A DNA stretch of 64,000 nt from Geosiphon pyriformis uo1 (Eukaryota; Fungi; Glomeromycota). The DNA is taken from positions 305,156 to 369,155 of the forward strand of contig JAAOMT010000375.1 of the NCBI GenBank assembly GCA_016748015.1, read 5' to 3'. Shown here piece after piece: positions 12,046 through 25,884 of this stretch (position 1 is the stretch's first letter; the number at the start of each line of letters is the position of its first letter). Made by a program: the position numbers and the translations under genes. The notes under the pieces are model-generated. The model was not told the DNA's origin. It saw only the letters and a program-made list of their open reading frames with translations, and ran no database searches.

Positions 12046-13589
12046 GGCTGATAAACAGTGGCTTCAACTAGGGGATCCTCTCCAAAGAAATTGATGTTGG
12101 CATGATTGGGTCTTTGATTGGGGACATTGTTGTTGTTGTTGGGTCTGTTGTTTTGGTTGTCATTGTTTCTGGGAGCTGGAGGAGACAGTAGAGAATTGTT
12201 GCAATCTCTGGAGAAATGTTCAGTTAATCCACATCTATAACACACAGGAAGGCCACAATTTTGCTGTCTTTGGTAAGAAGGTTGCTGGGGCTGATTAAAA
12301 CGGTTTTCAAATCTGGGTCTTTGTGATTGCTGGTTATCTCTGACTGCTTGGGCTAATGGTTCTAATAGCCAAGCAAAATTTGCTGTAAGTCTATCTATTA
12401 ATTGTTTATTTGGATCTTGTGTCTGAGCAGCAAAAGAAGTAGCAGCCATTTGAGAAGTAGGAGCCATAACAGAAGCAGGAGCAAAAACTGGAAGTGTGGA
12501 TCCCAAATGCATTCTTTGATTGTCTTCAATTCTTTGGGCAAGTTCAATGGCCATATCTATGGTGGGATTATCTTTTAAAACCAAAAGAGGCCAAAGAGCA
12601 TACGATAAATCAGTTTTCAATCCTTTTGTAAAGGAGTGGATCTTTTGCTCTTCAGTCCAGTTTCTACCAGAGTCTACACGCTTGATGAGTTTTCTGATTG
12701 CTTTGGCATATTTGGTCACAATTTCACCAGAACCTTGGGTTTTTTTTTCTAATTCCATACGTCATTTGGATATTAAGATGGGGGTTCTGAATTTGTTTTC
12801 AAACCAGGTAGTAAAAGAGGTGTTGTTTTCTCCAATATTTGCTGGGGTCCATTTAACAATTCTTTGTTGAACACCAGCATTGGTTTCTTGTGAAAACCAG
12901 GTAGCAGGGAAGCCTTGGAGATAGCCACCAACAATTTGGAACTTGTATTTATCATTATACTGGTTTGCAGTGGCTGCTCTTTTAAAATCATCCAACCATT
13001 CAATTGGATCTTGGGCATCACCTCTGAATAGAAGTAGTAGAGTGTTGTTTCTTTGTCCCAAAGCAGTTTGTATGCCTTGGAGAGCGGCCAGGATGTTTAC
13101 TTGCATTGGATCTTGGGCCATTGATTCAGAAGTTACTGTTTGTGTGGAGTGCTCTGATTTACTTAAGAAGAGATCAAAAATAGGGGCTGTTTGGTAGCTT
13201 TCTTCTTCTGTTTCAAGGAAAGTTATTGTTGATTGATGGGCAGCAATCCAAATGTGGATTTGATGATTCAGATATTCGAAATCAGGGGGCTGTTGTTCAA
13301 AGATTGTAGAATATAAGAACTAATTGATACTGTTGTTTTTTTTTTCAAAGTTATCTTCAAAATAAGCTTGATCAAAGTAATAGGTTGTATAAGTTGTGTA
13401 GGTTTTAGCTGAATGCTTATTTAGAAACCAGTTTCAAAAGTCTTAGAATTGTCTGCTAGATTGTTCTTCAATGGGAAAGCAGATCAAACAGGAGAGCAGA
13501 GGATTAAGTTCAATGAAATCTAGGTTGTTTCTGTTGTGTGCTGCAAAGTGTTCTTCTGATTGCTGTGGCAGATATGAGTAATCACCCAT
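12033..13589 (-). pseudogene. gag: A1 gag with ~156-aa N-terminal extension
   Basis: ATG at 13589 is in frame to TAG at 12033 (519 codons). Capsid-like FRGDAQDPIEWLDDF and QGSGEIVTKY; CCHC knuckle CYRCGLTEHFSRDC. Confidence 0.88.
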
Positions 13590-13618
13590 ACAATGAGGGA
13601 ATAAGTGAATTTTGACAA

Positions 13619-13635
13619 CCTCACAAGGAGCATCA
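13619..13635 (-). promoter_or_regulatory. Primer-binding site of A1
   Basis: TGATGCTCCTTGTGAGG, 6 nt after the 5' LTR; A3 has TGGTGCTCTCTGTAAGG at 52307-52323. Confidence 0.8.
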
Positions 13636-13641
13636 CTTTTA

Positions 13642-14261
13642 TGTTATGGATGGGAGTAACAAGCTAATGGATAGCAAGGGAGAACAGGATTATAGGGTGA
13701 TGGAAATAATCAAAGGGGATTCAACTTCAATAAGCGAATTGAATGAGTATGGATTCAATGTGCGAAATCAGTCTCATAAAATATCTCAGTTGCTATTCTT
13801 TTCAAAAAGTAACAAGGGAATCTGAAGGTAAAGGGATAGTCTGTACTGTCAACAATTGATTACTGCTGGTATTAATTCTATGCCTTCACGTCAGCACTCT
13901 TAGAATTCAATATCAGGTATCAACTTGTGTTCTTCAGTCATGTTTATACAAATAGTCTTCAAATACTACAATTATTCAAACAGAAAAAGGCCAACAAGTA
14001 ATCTTTTATTCTAAGATGTTTGAATACTTGAAGGTAGGGAAAGAGAAATTAGTGATAAGAGAGTGATTGAGATGAAAGTTGTTATTTTTATTTATTTGAT
14101 TCTTGTCTGAGAGATGATTTTCTACAGCTAAGAGACTTATCGCTTATATAGCTATTGAAAGTAGTCAATAATTACTATCTAAAAATAGAGTGGCTAATTA
14201 TATGACATCAGTGGCTAATACATGTGATAACTAATAAAAATTATGGATTTCAACTGTAACA
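13642..14261 (-). repeat. A1 5' LTR (620 bp)
   Basis: Direct repeat of 6695-7338, shorter by two 12-bp units; TATA-like GCTATATAAGC on the minus strand at ~14142-14152. Confidence 0.93.
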
Positions 14262-16614
14262 ATACTTAAGCTATTACTTAGTAATAAATGAATTATTTGA
14301 ATTGAATACCAAATTAAAACAATTTGGTAAAGCTATTAATCAGAAAATTGAGAGATATTTAGCTAATAATTAGGCAATCTATTAGCCTCCACAATGTTAT
14401 GAAAATTCAGAAAATTCTAACTGCATCTAACAACAGTCATTTTTATTATTATTAAATCAATAGTGATAATAAAAGACATGTAATTATTATTATTATAGTA
14501 AACAAAAACATTTGCAAATTGATTGTTGTGCATAGTTAAATAATCAATAATCAAAAAATCAAAATTGAAATCTCAATTGCCAGTTCTAAACTTTAAACTA
14601 TCAACCAAATCAAAACCAATATCAGCCTTATTATCCATTAATAATATAATAAGCAATATATTTACTGTCAATATATTAAACTTCAGCATTAGTTATTTAT
14701 TAACTGCAGCCACAGATTATTTATCAATCTCACTCATTTCAAACACTGCCACAAAACTCAGCTTAAGTAATTACTGGAAATTAATAATCAAGAATCACCC
14801 AACAAAACTGGAGATTAGTAATAGTAGTGCATCAACCAATTTTCTATTTATTACAACAGTAATCAGAATTATATTAGTGGAGTTCAGAAACTGAGTACAC
14901 CCAAAACCCAAATTTCCAAAGCTATTTAAGTTTCTTGGTAACCTCAAAAAATGCCTCAACCAACAACCAGGAAACCAATTAACTTATTTCTTACAATATT
15001 CTACCAGCTTTTATTACAGAAGACAAATCACTTGTTGTAATATTCTTCTTTAAACTCAAAAAACCAGTTAAAACACTTCTATTCAATAAAGCTGTCCTTG
15101 AAACTAAACTTATTATAGTCATGTACACTAATGCCAAAATTGATGACCATTCTATCAAGCTAATTTTTAATAGTAGATTAGCAGACAGCATTATTACATG
15201 ACAACTTATGAACTAATTAGATTGCTAAGTTGATTGTGTTACTAGTACCAGAATTATTACTACTAATGAAATGACAAAAACACTCATTGATAAAATTAAC
15301 AACTTTTTTTTTAAAGTTAATGGCATTATTGTGTCAATCAAAGTATTAGTAATGGAAGCCATACAATACCAAGCTTTTGTTGGTAATAACTGGCTGTTCA
15401 AAACCAATGTTATGTTTGATTAAACTACTTAAGAGCTACAGATCAGTCAAAACAGGTAACATATATAAGTACCAGCTACTTGTGGCCATTTCAAACTACA
15501 AATTATTCAAGCACAACAACTGATTAAATTTGAAAAAAAAGAGAAATCTACTTAAAAAGCTTACCAAGTCTTCTGGGTTAACAATAATCATAACAACTTA
15601 CTACTAGTACTCATCTAAAAAGAAAAAAAAAAGAAAAAGAAAAAGAAAAAAAAATATTCCAAGCAATCATCTTTACATATATCCCATATATCAACTCCAA
15701 TCAAAGTCAGCCAATCTATTATCAATCCAAACTAATCTGTGTTAATTGTGGTAAAAAATTGTTGACAATAGATACATGTTGTAATAACAATAAAAAATGA
15801 CTAATGATAACAAAATATTACTGCTGTTTATGTATTTTTGAATGTTTTAGATGACCAAAAAGACAAAAAAAATAGAACAACAAATCATATTTTGCTTGTG
15901 GAAAAACTTTTTTGAACAAGAGAATGTAAAATAACATTTCTGGTTGTGAAAAAACATATAACAAATTGTGTTAGTACATGATTCTTATAAATAATTGGGT
16001 AAATAAAAAAATGTTAATAGACATTGCCTAAAAAAGAGTTGTAAAACATTTAGATAATTGTTCACATAATGATAACAAAATCTGGCAAATAGCAATCACC
16101 AAAATTGAAAGCACATCTTTAAAAAATAAAAATAAATAAAAACAACTCACCAGAACCCAAAAAAATTATTTGAATCTTAAATTTTGATATTATTCTTAAT
16201 ATTATAGACTCAAAACAATTCTATAAGTACTATTAAGAATTAGTACTTATTAAAAAAGAGCAAGAGCAATACTTAAAACAACTTAATATCTAACTATATA
16301 ATTATTGTTTAATTTTATGTAATTTCTAGTATTATAATGATTATAATATTATTTACAATCTACCATTACACATAATTTATTTAATTCCTAAAAAAAAAAA
16401 CCAATTAGCAAGTATGTATTGAAATCAGAATTAAAAATCAATTACAATTTAAACTCTAATAATAACAACAACAATGGTTCTAACTTTGTTTACTATGACA
16501 ATAACAATAATAATTCAAACTCCAATTACAACTCTAAACAATATATTATGCTTTCAAATCTATTAATAAAGCAGAAACTTAAATGGTTTAACAATAATAA
16601 TGAAAATATTATGC

Positions 16615-16855
16615 CAGAATGCACACATAAAATTAATGCAGAATTTGATTTTAGGTATTTAAAAAAAACTGCCATCAGATTGAAACCATATTTGCACATT
16701 AGTATAAATTTGAAAATAGCACTAAAAATTCTAACAACAACAATAGTTCAATTAGCATCTAGATTTAGTTTAGTAAAAAAAGAGATTAACATTAGAAAAA
16801 GAATAATTGATGCAAAATATGTAGGAAATATTATTGCAATACTACAAAACAACTT
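16615..16855 (+). pseudogene. Truncated dUTPase domain of B1
   Basis: INAEFDFRY (motif I), QLASRFSL (motif II), IIDAKYVGNI (motif III); breaks off at ~16855. Confidence 0.8.
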
Positions 16856-19800
16856 ATTTTTAATTAAATTCAAAAAACTTATTTCTTAGCCAATTTTAGA
16901 AATCTATCAAGTTTTTTGGATTGACAATTTTTAAACAGAGCTACTATTATCTTTTACATAAGAAAAAAAGGTAAAAAAAAAGCTAATAAAAAACCCCAAA
17001 AATTATTATTAATTTACTTAAACCCAAATTAATGGAATCAATCATATCAACTCCTAAAATTAATTTGTATTGATTGTAGAAAGAAGTTATTTTCAATAAA
17101 TGTTTACATTAGAAACAATAAAATATAGTCCACCACTATCAGATACTATTGCCAATTTTGTGTGTTGAAATGATTTAGATAACCAAAATGACAAGGCAAA
17201 TAAGACAATATGCCATGTCTTGTATGTGATAAAATCTTACTAGATGAAAGATTATGAAATAATATCCTTAACAGAAGAAAAACATGTAATGAATTCTGTT
17301 AATATATTATTTTAATCAATAATTGAGCATAAAAAAAAACTCTATTTGCCATAACTTATAGTTAAGCAATAAACTGACTGAATTCATATTTCATGATAAA
17401 AAAAAATTTGAAACATGGCCACAACAAAATAGAAGAATGTCATAACCAAAGAAGTACACATCATAAAAAATATTCTAGTAATTATCAAAAAAATAGATGA
17501 CTTATTTACAGATAATTCTAAAACATTTCAAAACTGGTATTAAAAACTTGTTTTATTTGAAAATAACAGAAACAGAGACTAGTAAACCTTAATACAAAAC
17601 TGTATAATTATTGCTTAATCTCTAGCCATTTTTAGTATTGTGACATGTATAATCTTTTGTTTAATTTATTTCCAAAAACATTATATTTTATTATCAAACT
17701 ACTAAAACTTAAGGAAAAATATGAATTTATTACTAAGAACATATTATTTTAAAAACCAAGTAAAACTACTGAAATAGAACAATATTTTACCTATTCTAAT
17801 CTCTCCAAGAGTTAAAATTAAAATAATATAATAAAAATAATAAAAAAATATGCCTTAAAAAAGCACATAAAAATGATACTGAATTTAATTTAAGATACTT
17901 TGAACAATTTTCTGTAGTTATAGCTCTACACTTTCTTGTAAAAATAGATCTCAAAATAGCTTTAGAAATTTTTATCAGTACTATAATTCAAGTTGTCTTT
18001 CAGTTTAGTCTTGCAAAGAAAAAAATTGATGTAAAAAAAAAATATTAAACCTGAATACATTAACAATTATAATAAACTCTATATAATTAAATCACAAAAA
18101 AAGATTGTTTAAACTATCTTTCTGTTTCTTGTAAAAATACTCCAATTAATCCCAGTAATCATGCATAAGAAATTAAGCTTCACAGCTTGAAAAATTAAAA
18201 AATTTGGATCAAGTAAAAGAAAAAACATAGCAGTTAATTTTATAAAAGACAACAGTAACAAAATAGAATTTATTTACATTAATATGGTTATCTTTATCTT
18301 TCTGTATCAACAATACATTTTAAAAGTAAATTAAAAAATTCAAAATTAAGTTTTTTTATTTAAAGCTAACCCAGAAATTTTGTTTTTTAATTAATATTGT
18401 CAACTTATATATATTTACCAAAGTTTACAAGTATTTCAAAATCTTTATTCACAATTCCACTAAAGATATTATTGAGATTTTTAAAGGAACTCTTATAAGT
18501 TCTATTTCTTTGAACATTTAAAATTCTAAAAAATCTTAGCCTATTTTAAACTTTGTACAATTGTTCTTATTTTATAATATTATCTTTCAAGTATAGAACC
18601 TGCCAAAAAAAGCTACTTGTTTATACTAAAAAAAATTGCCAAATTAAACTTAAGAAACTTAAGTATTTTATAATAAATACAATTTAAAGTTTTCTTAAAA
18701 CAATATAATAATATTTTTGCCAGCAAAAATGAATTTAAACACACTAATATAATAAAACATCAGATCAACATAGAAAATGTTAGATCCATCAAACAATAAA
18801 TTTACCAAGTAATTCTAATAGATAATAATCTGATTAAAAAAAAAGTACAATAAATGTTAAATAATAAATTAATTAAGAAATCATTAAGTTTTTGGTCTTC
18901 TTCAATAGTATTGGTTATCAAAAAGAATGAGAAAATACAGTTCTGTATAAATTACCAAAAATTCAACAGTATTACTCAAAAAAATAGCTATTTAAATTTT
19001 CTTATTTAGGAAATTCTGGACAATTTACAGAATAAAAATGATTTTCTTTCTTAGACTTAGCCAGTAGATATTGACAAGTTGAAATAAATCCTAAGAACAA
19101 AAAGAAAACAGCATTTACTACATAAGACAGAAACTTTAAATTTAATGTAATGTTTTTTAAACTTTGTAATACTTCAGTTATCTTTTAATATTTTATGAAT
19201 GTTATGTACAAAAAAATTCTCTGAAAATTAGTTGTAGTATTTTAAACAATACCAATGTGTTTTTAAAAACATTTAATGACCATCTATTCTATTTCTAACA
19301 AGCTTTTAATTGCTTACAAAGTGCCAAACTAAAGTTTAATCCAGACAAATGTTTCTTTGAAAAGACCAAACTAAAATTTCTAAGACATATAATAGAAAAA
19401 AATGAAGTAAAACCAGATTTGGACAAAGTAAAAAAGATTAAAAACTTTTTGGTTCCAACTAATTTATAAAAACCAAAAAAATTCTTAGAATTGGCTGAAT
19501 ATTATTACAGATTTGTCAAAAATTTCTCAAATATTGCAAAATTATTTTATTACCTGCTGTCAAAATATGTCTTATATTTATAGAAAAAAAAACAACAAAA
19601 GACTTTTGACTATCTTAAATAATACTTAATAGAAGCATTAATATTAATTTATTCAGATTTTAATAAATACTTTATTATTACTACAAATGTTTTAAAAAAT
19701 AAACTAGGAGCCATTTTATTTTAAATTAGACCAGATAATTAAGAACATCCAATTACCGACACCAATTACAGTACTAGTTCAACAGAAAAAATATATAGTG

Positions 19801-20200
19801 TAACAAATTTGGAATGTTTCACTATTTATTAAACAGTAAAAAATTGGAGACACTATCTTTGCCAACTATTTGATCTATATACAGATTACAAAAAACTCAT
19901 TTAATTATTCAGCAAGCCACAACTGGAAGGAAAATACTGTATGATAGAATATCTATCTGCAATAATTTTCATACAAAGTATATTATAAAAAAGAAATTAA
20001 GAACACTAATATTAACAGTTTGTCAAAGATAACACAAATTTAATTCCGAACTCATGAACACAACCACTTATCAACAATTACACTAATATTTATTAACATT
20101 CTAGTTCAAGAAAAAATTATCTTAATAAAAACAAAGTATTATACAAAAACAAGTTTGTAATTATTTTATTTAGAATTACCAACTATACTATTAAAAATGC

Positions 20201-21168
20201 TGTTACAGGTGATTATTTGGGATATTAAAACAAATAACAAATCTATAACTTGGTATTTAATAGCTTATACAATTGGTAAATCTAAAAATTTTTATGATCT
20301 AAAGATTTTCATAATCTAAAGGGTTTGGTAGAGTTTTTTGTATAATGAACAGAGATTTAATTGATGTTTTAGTACTTGTTCTGAAAGTTTTTTTTGTAAA
20401 TTTTTTTCTCAGCATAGTGGTTAATTCTTCTGGCAGTTTTATTTTTCTGGTAAGCTATTCTTAATTTTATGAATTCTTTATCTTTGTTTCATAGATCTTT
20501 TACCAAACTATTCTTGATGTCAATAACTTAATATTTAATTCTTTTAATTAATTAATAAACAACACAGAAACAAAACACAAGAAAATAAAAAAAAATAAAA
20601 AAATAAAAATAAAAATTAGTATCTCATTAATAGTTATAATCAAGAGCTATTAGTTTAGTATAGTTAAATATTGAATTCTATTAACATAAAGTATTAATAG
20701 AATAGAAATGATTAATATTATTTAATTAAACAATAATAATATGAATTTAGATAATAATAAATATTTTATTAATGTGTGATTTGATTTTGTTTTAAGTTGT
20801 AGAAACTACTTTTAAAGAAAAAAGTATTGGCTAATTAATTGATTATTAGTATCAATTTTGTTTTTTTTGCTTTTAATGCTCTTACTATATATACATAATT
20901 CTTGTTTTACAAGATCTTATATTTTTTTAAACAATGTACTCTATTTTTTCTGACAATGTTTTTATTGCTAAACAATATGTTATAGTTTTCTAACAATGTG
21001 CTTATTGTTAAACAATGTGCCATAATTTACTAACAATATGCATATTGCTAAGCAATGTGTTATAATTTTTTAACATTTTGCTTACTTTTTAAGTATTATT
21101 TTTCTATTGGTCTATTTTTTTATTTGTTTTTTTTACTTTCTTTTTTTGTACTTTTTCTATAAATAAAA
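20201..21168 (-). repeat. Solo LTR D2 (968 bp) inserted at the start of C2 integrase
   Basis: TGTTACAGGTGATTATTTGG left end, decayed right end, TSD ATGC/ATGT; reverse-complement homolog of the B1 LTR. Confidence 0.82.
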
Positions 21169-23152
21169 ATGTCAAAACTACATTATCTTACAAAAAGTTA
21201 TAAAAAACAATGAAAAAAAAACTGTTTTGCATAATATGTACTTTAATCTAATTGCAAAACACTTTAACAAAGATGTTATTCTGAAAAGAATAATAAATCT
21301 ATATTATTGGCTAATAATATATAAGAATATCTTTAAATATGTTTTTAACTGTGGCTTATGCCAACAAAAAAAAGGAGCAAGAACAATAGAATTACTTCAA
21401 CACATTTCAGTTGGAAATCTATTTAATAGAATTGAGATTAATTTGGTTGGTTTTTTTTCAATTACATCCAAAGAAAATTGTTATATTGCTATAACTGTAG
21501 ATCATCTTATTAAATAACCAAAAACCAGAGCAATTTAAGTAGTTAATATTAAAACAATAGCCAAGTTTGTACATCAAGATCTAATTTGCCAATATAAATG
21601 TTCAAAAGAATTGTTATCTAACTAAGAAACACATTTTGTTAATAGTATGTTAATTTAAACTAAACCAACAGTTTAGAATAAAATAACTTTTATTATCATT
21701 TTATTACTCACAAACAAATAAATTGGTAGAACAATTTAACTAAACATTGTATAAAACATTAGCAAAAATAAGTTATAAAAATACACAAAAATAAGACTTA
21801 TTTTATACTTTTTGTATTATTTACATACCAAATATTAAAGCAAAATACTATTTAGCTTATACTATTTAAACTAGTCTATAGAAGAAAAACCACTCTATTT
21901 ATTGAATAAAAAATATTTTCTTTTCCAACAAAAACAATCACTAAAGAAAATTTTAAAACTACTTTATACCAAAAAACATACTAGCTTATAGAAACATTAA
22001 AAAACAATTATAGAACAGCAGCTAACAATATTAGTAACACTCAAAAATAATAGAAAAAAAAACATGATAATTGCCTATCTGACCAACCAATTGAATTCAA
22101 GATTGAAAACTAAGTACTATTATATTATACAAAAGCTGAAAAACAGTAAAGTAAAAAGTTTGATCCAAAATAAGATGATCTATTTCATATATACAAAGTT
22201 TTAGGTAATAAAACTTATAAATTAAGATTAAAAAACAGAATTTTAAAGAAAGTAGCACATGGAAATCAGTTAAAAATTTATTATACAAACCAAAAGATAT
22301 TGTATTTTATATTTCAATTAGAAATAGAGATTTTATTAATCAGACCAAAAGATATATCACAAGATTTAGAACCAATTATTATCATCAAAATGTAATTAAC
22401 ATATAACTATTTAATTGAAAAATTTAAATATATATAATGACTAAAACAACAAAAAAAAAGTCAATAGCATTTTTAATATAAATTTTTTAAATTAAATCCT
22501 AAAACTTTCAAAACAATTATTTAAAGCAATTTAACAATTCACAACTCAAATAAAAATTACAATTAATAAAAAAAAGATATAATACAGAAACAAAAACAAA
22601 AAAAAGATGAGCAAAAGTTCAACTAGAACTAAACATTTCTATTTCTATAAATGATTATGGAAAAAAAAGATATGTGTTAAACAAAACTTAACAAAATTAA
22701 AGAATCTTTAAGTAAACTAAACTTGGAACCAATAATAAGAGAATAAGCACCAAAAAACTTCAGAGTATGAAAAAAAAGACTTCCATTAATCTACTAGTTC
22801 TATAAGATTGGTAAACAATTAGGATTGAAAACACTATATAAAGACTTTAATTACCAAATTTTCAACAGAGAAGCTTTTAAACAAGTAGAAGAATTTATAG
22901 GAAGAAACAACTTAATATTGCACTACAAAATAGCATATTGATTATATACAGTATTCAAATACTGTTCAGCTATACTGCTAAACAGTTTCCTAGAAACTAT
23001 TATAGTCAATAACATAAGATAAATAATAAATAAACAATTTAAAAACTTATAAAAAACAATACTTAACACAACATTTAAACATTACATGAAAAATACAAAT
23101 TTTATGAATACATATAATTTTACAGAAGCTAAATTCTAAAAAAAAAAAATAA

Positions 23153-24180
23153 TGTTACTTAAGTAAAAAAATCAATTCAAAAAATATTGAAAAAAATGTG
23201 ATTAGAAAAGAGAATAATATAAAAAAACATAATAATACAAAATAATACAGAATAATATATTATAACTTAAGATAACACAAAATAACACAATAATGTGAAA
23301 TGGCACAGAATAACTAGCCATAACATAAAATAACTAGTTATAGTATAAATAATAAAGCAATAACAGAAATAATAAACAATAATTAATAATAACAAGCAAT
23401 CAAAAAACAATCTTATAAAACTAGAAATATATATAAAAATGAGTAGTTTTAGCAATAAAAAAAGGACAAACAGAGAAAATAGTTAGATAGAAAATATATT
23501 TTTTATCTATATCTATTAGATTTATTTTATCTATATATTTATATTATCTCAAATAAAAAAAATATTTGAAACCAAAAATTACTTATTCATAATTCCTGAA
23601 TTTTATGTTTAAACTAAATTACTTATTTTTTTATCTTTATTTCCAGCCAGATGCTTTTAGCATAAAATGTTTTAAACAAATAACAACTTGAACCAATCAC
23701 TCTTGCTTATAATAATTAACAATACTAATTTTTTTTATTTTTTTTATTTTTTTATTTTTTATTTTTTCTTCTTCTTTTTTTTTTATTTTTTTATTTTTTT
23801 TGTGAAATGACAACATTGTAAAATCGACTGTTTGGAAATAAACTTTATTACAACCTGGTAAAAAGAAAAGTTTTCTTTAAGATTAAATATTAATATTATC
23901 TTATTAGCTTATTAAAAGAGCAAAAAGATACTACCAGATTTTAGTAATTGCACTTAACTAACTTGGAAAAAATAGCTCACACACTTAAGTTATAAATAAT
24001 CAAATATTTTTTTGTATTTTATAACTAAAAAACTTTACAAATAAAACTAATAAAAAACTTTCAAATACTAATATCAAACAACTCACCTTAAATATTCAAA
24101 ATAGAGATCTTTAAGCTCTTATTATCTAAATTTAGAGCACCAAATATTACCACAATATCTTACCAAGTTTACCCTTAACA
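23153..24180 (+). repeat. C2 3' LTR (C type)
   Basis: TGTTACTTAAG...CCCTTAACA; same 10-bp array and U5 end as C1; preceded by a purine run. Confidence 0.82.
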
Positions 24181-24303
24181 ATAATATTTTAATAAGATAA
24201 TAAAATTATAAGAAAATTAGCTCTTTAATGTCAAATCTGATCCTAATTAGACTGCTAAGTAAATAAGTAGTCTTATTAAAAATAATTATGAACTTGTTAG
24301 TAT

Positions 24304-24924
24304 TGTTACAGTTGAAACCCATAATTTTTATTAGTTATCACATGTATTAGTCACTGATGTCATATAATTAGCCACTCTATTTTTAGATAGTGATCATTAA
24401 CCACTTTCAAAAGATATATAAGCAATGAGTCTCTTAGCTGTAGAAAATTATCTCTCAGACAAGAATCAAATAAATAAAAATAACAACTTTCATCTCAATT
24501 ACTCTCTTATCGCTAATTTCCCTTTCCCTATCTTCAAGTATCTGAATATCTTAAGATAAAAAATTACTTGTTGGCCTTTTCCTGACATATATAATTGTAG
24601 CATTTGAAGATTATTTGAATAAACATGATTGAAGAGCACAAGTTGATACCTGATATTGAATTTTAAGAGCGCCAATGTGAAGACATAGAATTAATACTAG
24701 CAGTGATCAATTGTTGACAGTACGGACTATTCTTCTACCTTCAGATTCCCCAGTTATCTTTGAAAAGAATAGCCACTGAGATATTTTATGAGACTAATCT
24801 TACACATTGAATCCATACTTATTCAATTTGCTCTTTAAAATTGAATTCTCCTTTGATTATTTCCATCACCCTACAATCCTGTTCTTCCTTGCTATCCATT
24901 AGCTTGTTACTTCAACCCATAACA
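24304..24924 (+). repeat. Solo LTR A4 (621 bp)
   Basis: Reverse complement of the A1/A3 LTRs; perfect TSD GTAT (24300-24303 / 24925-24928). Confidence 0.92.
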
Positions 24925-25884
24925 GTATTATAAATAAGATGTATAAATTAGATATATTTAATATATTAGATAACATAAGTAATATTAATATGTAATTAAA
25001 GCTTTTTATTTGTAGTTAGTTGTATCTTGTAATTTTTGTATTATTGGGTAAGCTGACTTTATGAAAGTGCCACAATTTTGTGATAAAACTAATAAAAAAC
25101 CAGTATAGTTACATGTTAACAAAAAAAAACTATAATATTATTCTCTCCAAAGAAATTGAGCTTTAGTAAAATTAAGCTATTTATGAAATATTCTAATTGA
25201 AGATTTATATTTAACTCAAAACTAACTAGTTTGTTAAAGTTTTTTGTGAATAAAATATATAATATCTGAGATAAAATAAGTTTCATATCTAAGAGACCAA
25301 ATCTTTATATAAGAGTTTTGGCTCTTTTAACAATGATTAAAACTTTTAAGACATCTAATTATATAATATTCAGAATTTTTACTTATATCTTTAAAGTTGT
25401 TTTCTTCATAAGCTTTATATTTTTTATAATTTTACCAAGTTAATTATAAAGCTCTAATTGTTTTTTATATAACAGATTTTTGTTTATAAGCAAAATTTTT
25501 TTAATTGTTTTTTCAAATATATTGAAAGGTAATAATATACTTGCTATTATGCTTTTAAACATATATTTATTCATTTTGCTATGAATTTTTTCTTTTTGGT
25601 AATGGTTTTTTTTGGTCTAATAATAGTATATGTTCTACTATTATCAGTTATAATGGTCTGTTTTCTAATAATCAAAGTAGTATTTAGATAATTTTTAATT
25701 TAATACTTATAGAAAGTATAGAAAACATTTTAAATGTTTTGATTCAGAAAATAATTGTTTATGTTAATTAAAAATACTTTTGTTTTAAGAATGATATATT
25801 TATATCTGATTTTTGTTGATTATTTAAATCAGTATTACTATAACAAATAATCAATTAGGTCATTTGTAATATTTTTTAAGTTAT

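Larger units (their letters stand above)
6695..14261 (-). mobile_element. Element A1: full-length decayed Ty3/Gypsy LTR retrotransposon (7567 bp)
   Basis: Paired LTRs 6695-7338 and 13642-14261, perfect TSD ATAC (6691-6694 / 14262-14265), PBS, PPT, and gag-PR-RT-RH-INT order. Confidence 0.95.
2214..16855 (+). mobile_element. Element B1: 5' part of a dUTPase-type Gypsy LTR retrotransposon (5' LTR, PBS, gag, PR, Cys-rich domain, truncated dUTPase), interrupted by F1, C1 and A1
   Basis: Colinear with the reverse complement of B2. Gag reads across the insertions: NYLFA|PIITKI at 4360/5491 and ELAKLKANY|T*AI at 6694/14262, versus ELAKLEANHAQAV in B2. Confidence 0.8.
16856..24180 (+). mobile_element. 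Element C2: 3' part of a second dUTPase-type Gypsy element (Cys-rich domain, dUTPase ~17860-18215, RT, RH, INT, ORF3 ~22437-23140, PPT, C-type 3' LTR)
   Basis: The post-protease region restarts at ~16856. Second dUTPase DTEFNLRY...KIDLKIALEI; RT, RH and INT remnants (CGLCQQK...INLVG); A-rich decayed PPT before the LTR. Confidence 0.78.

Noticed and set aside
14565-14894. 109-aa S/T-rich ORF as a separate gene
   Set aside because: Shifted frame of the Q/P-rich Gag C-terminus of B1; open only because CAA>TAA decay hits the true frame.
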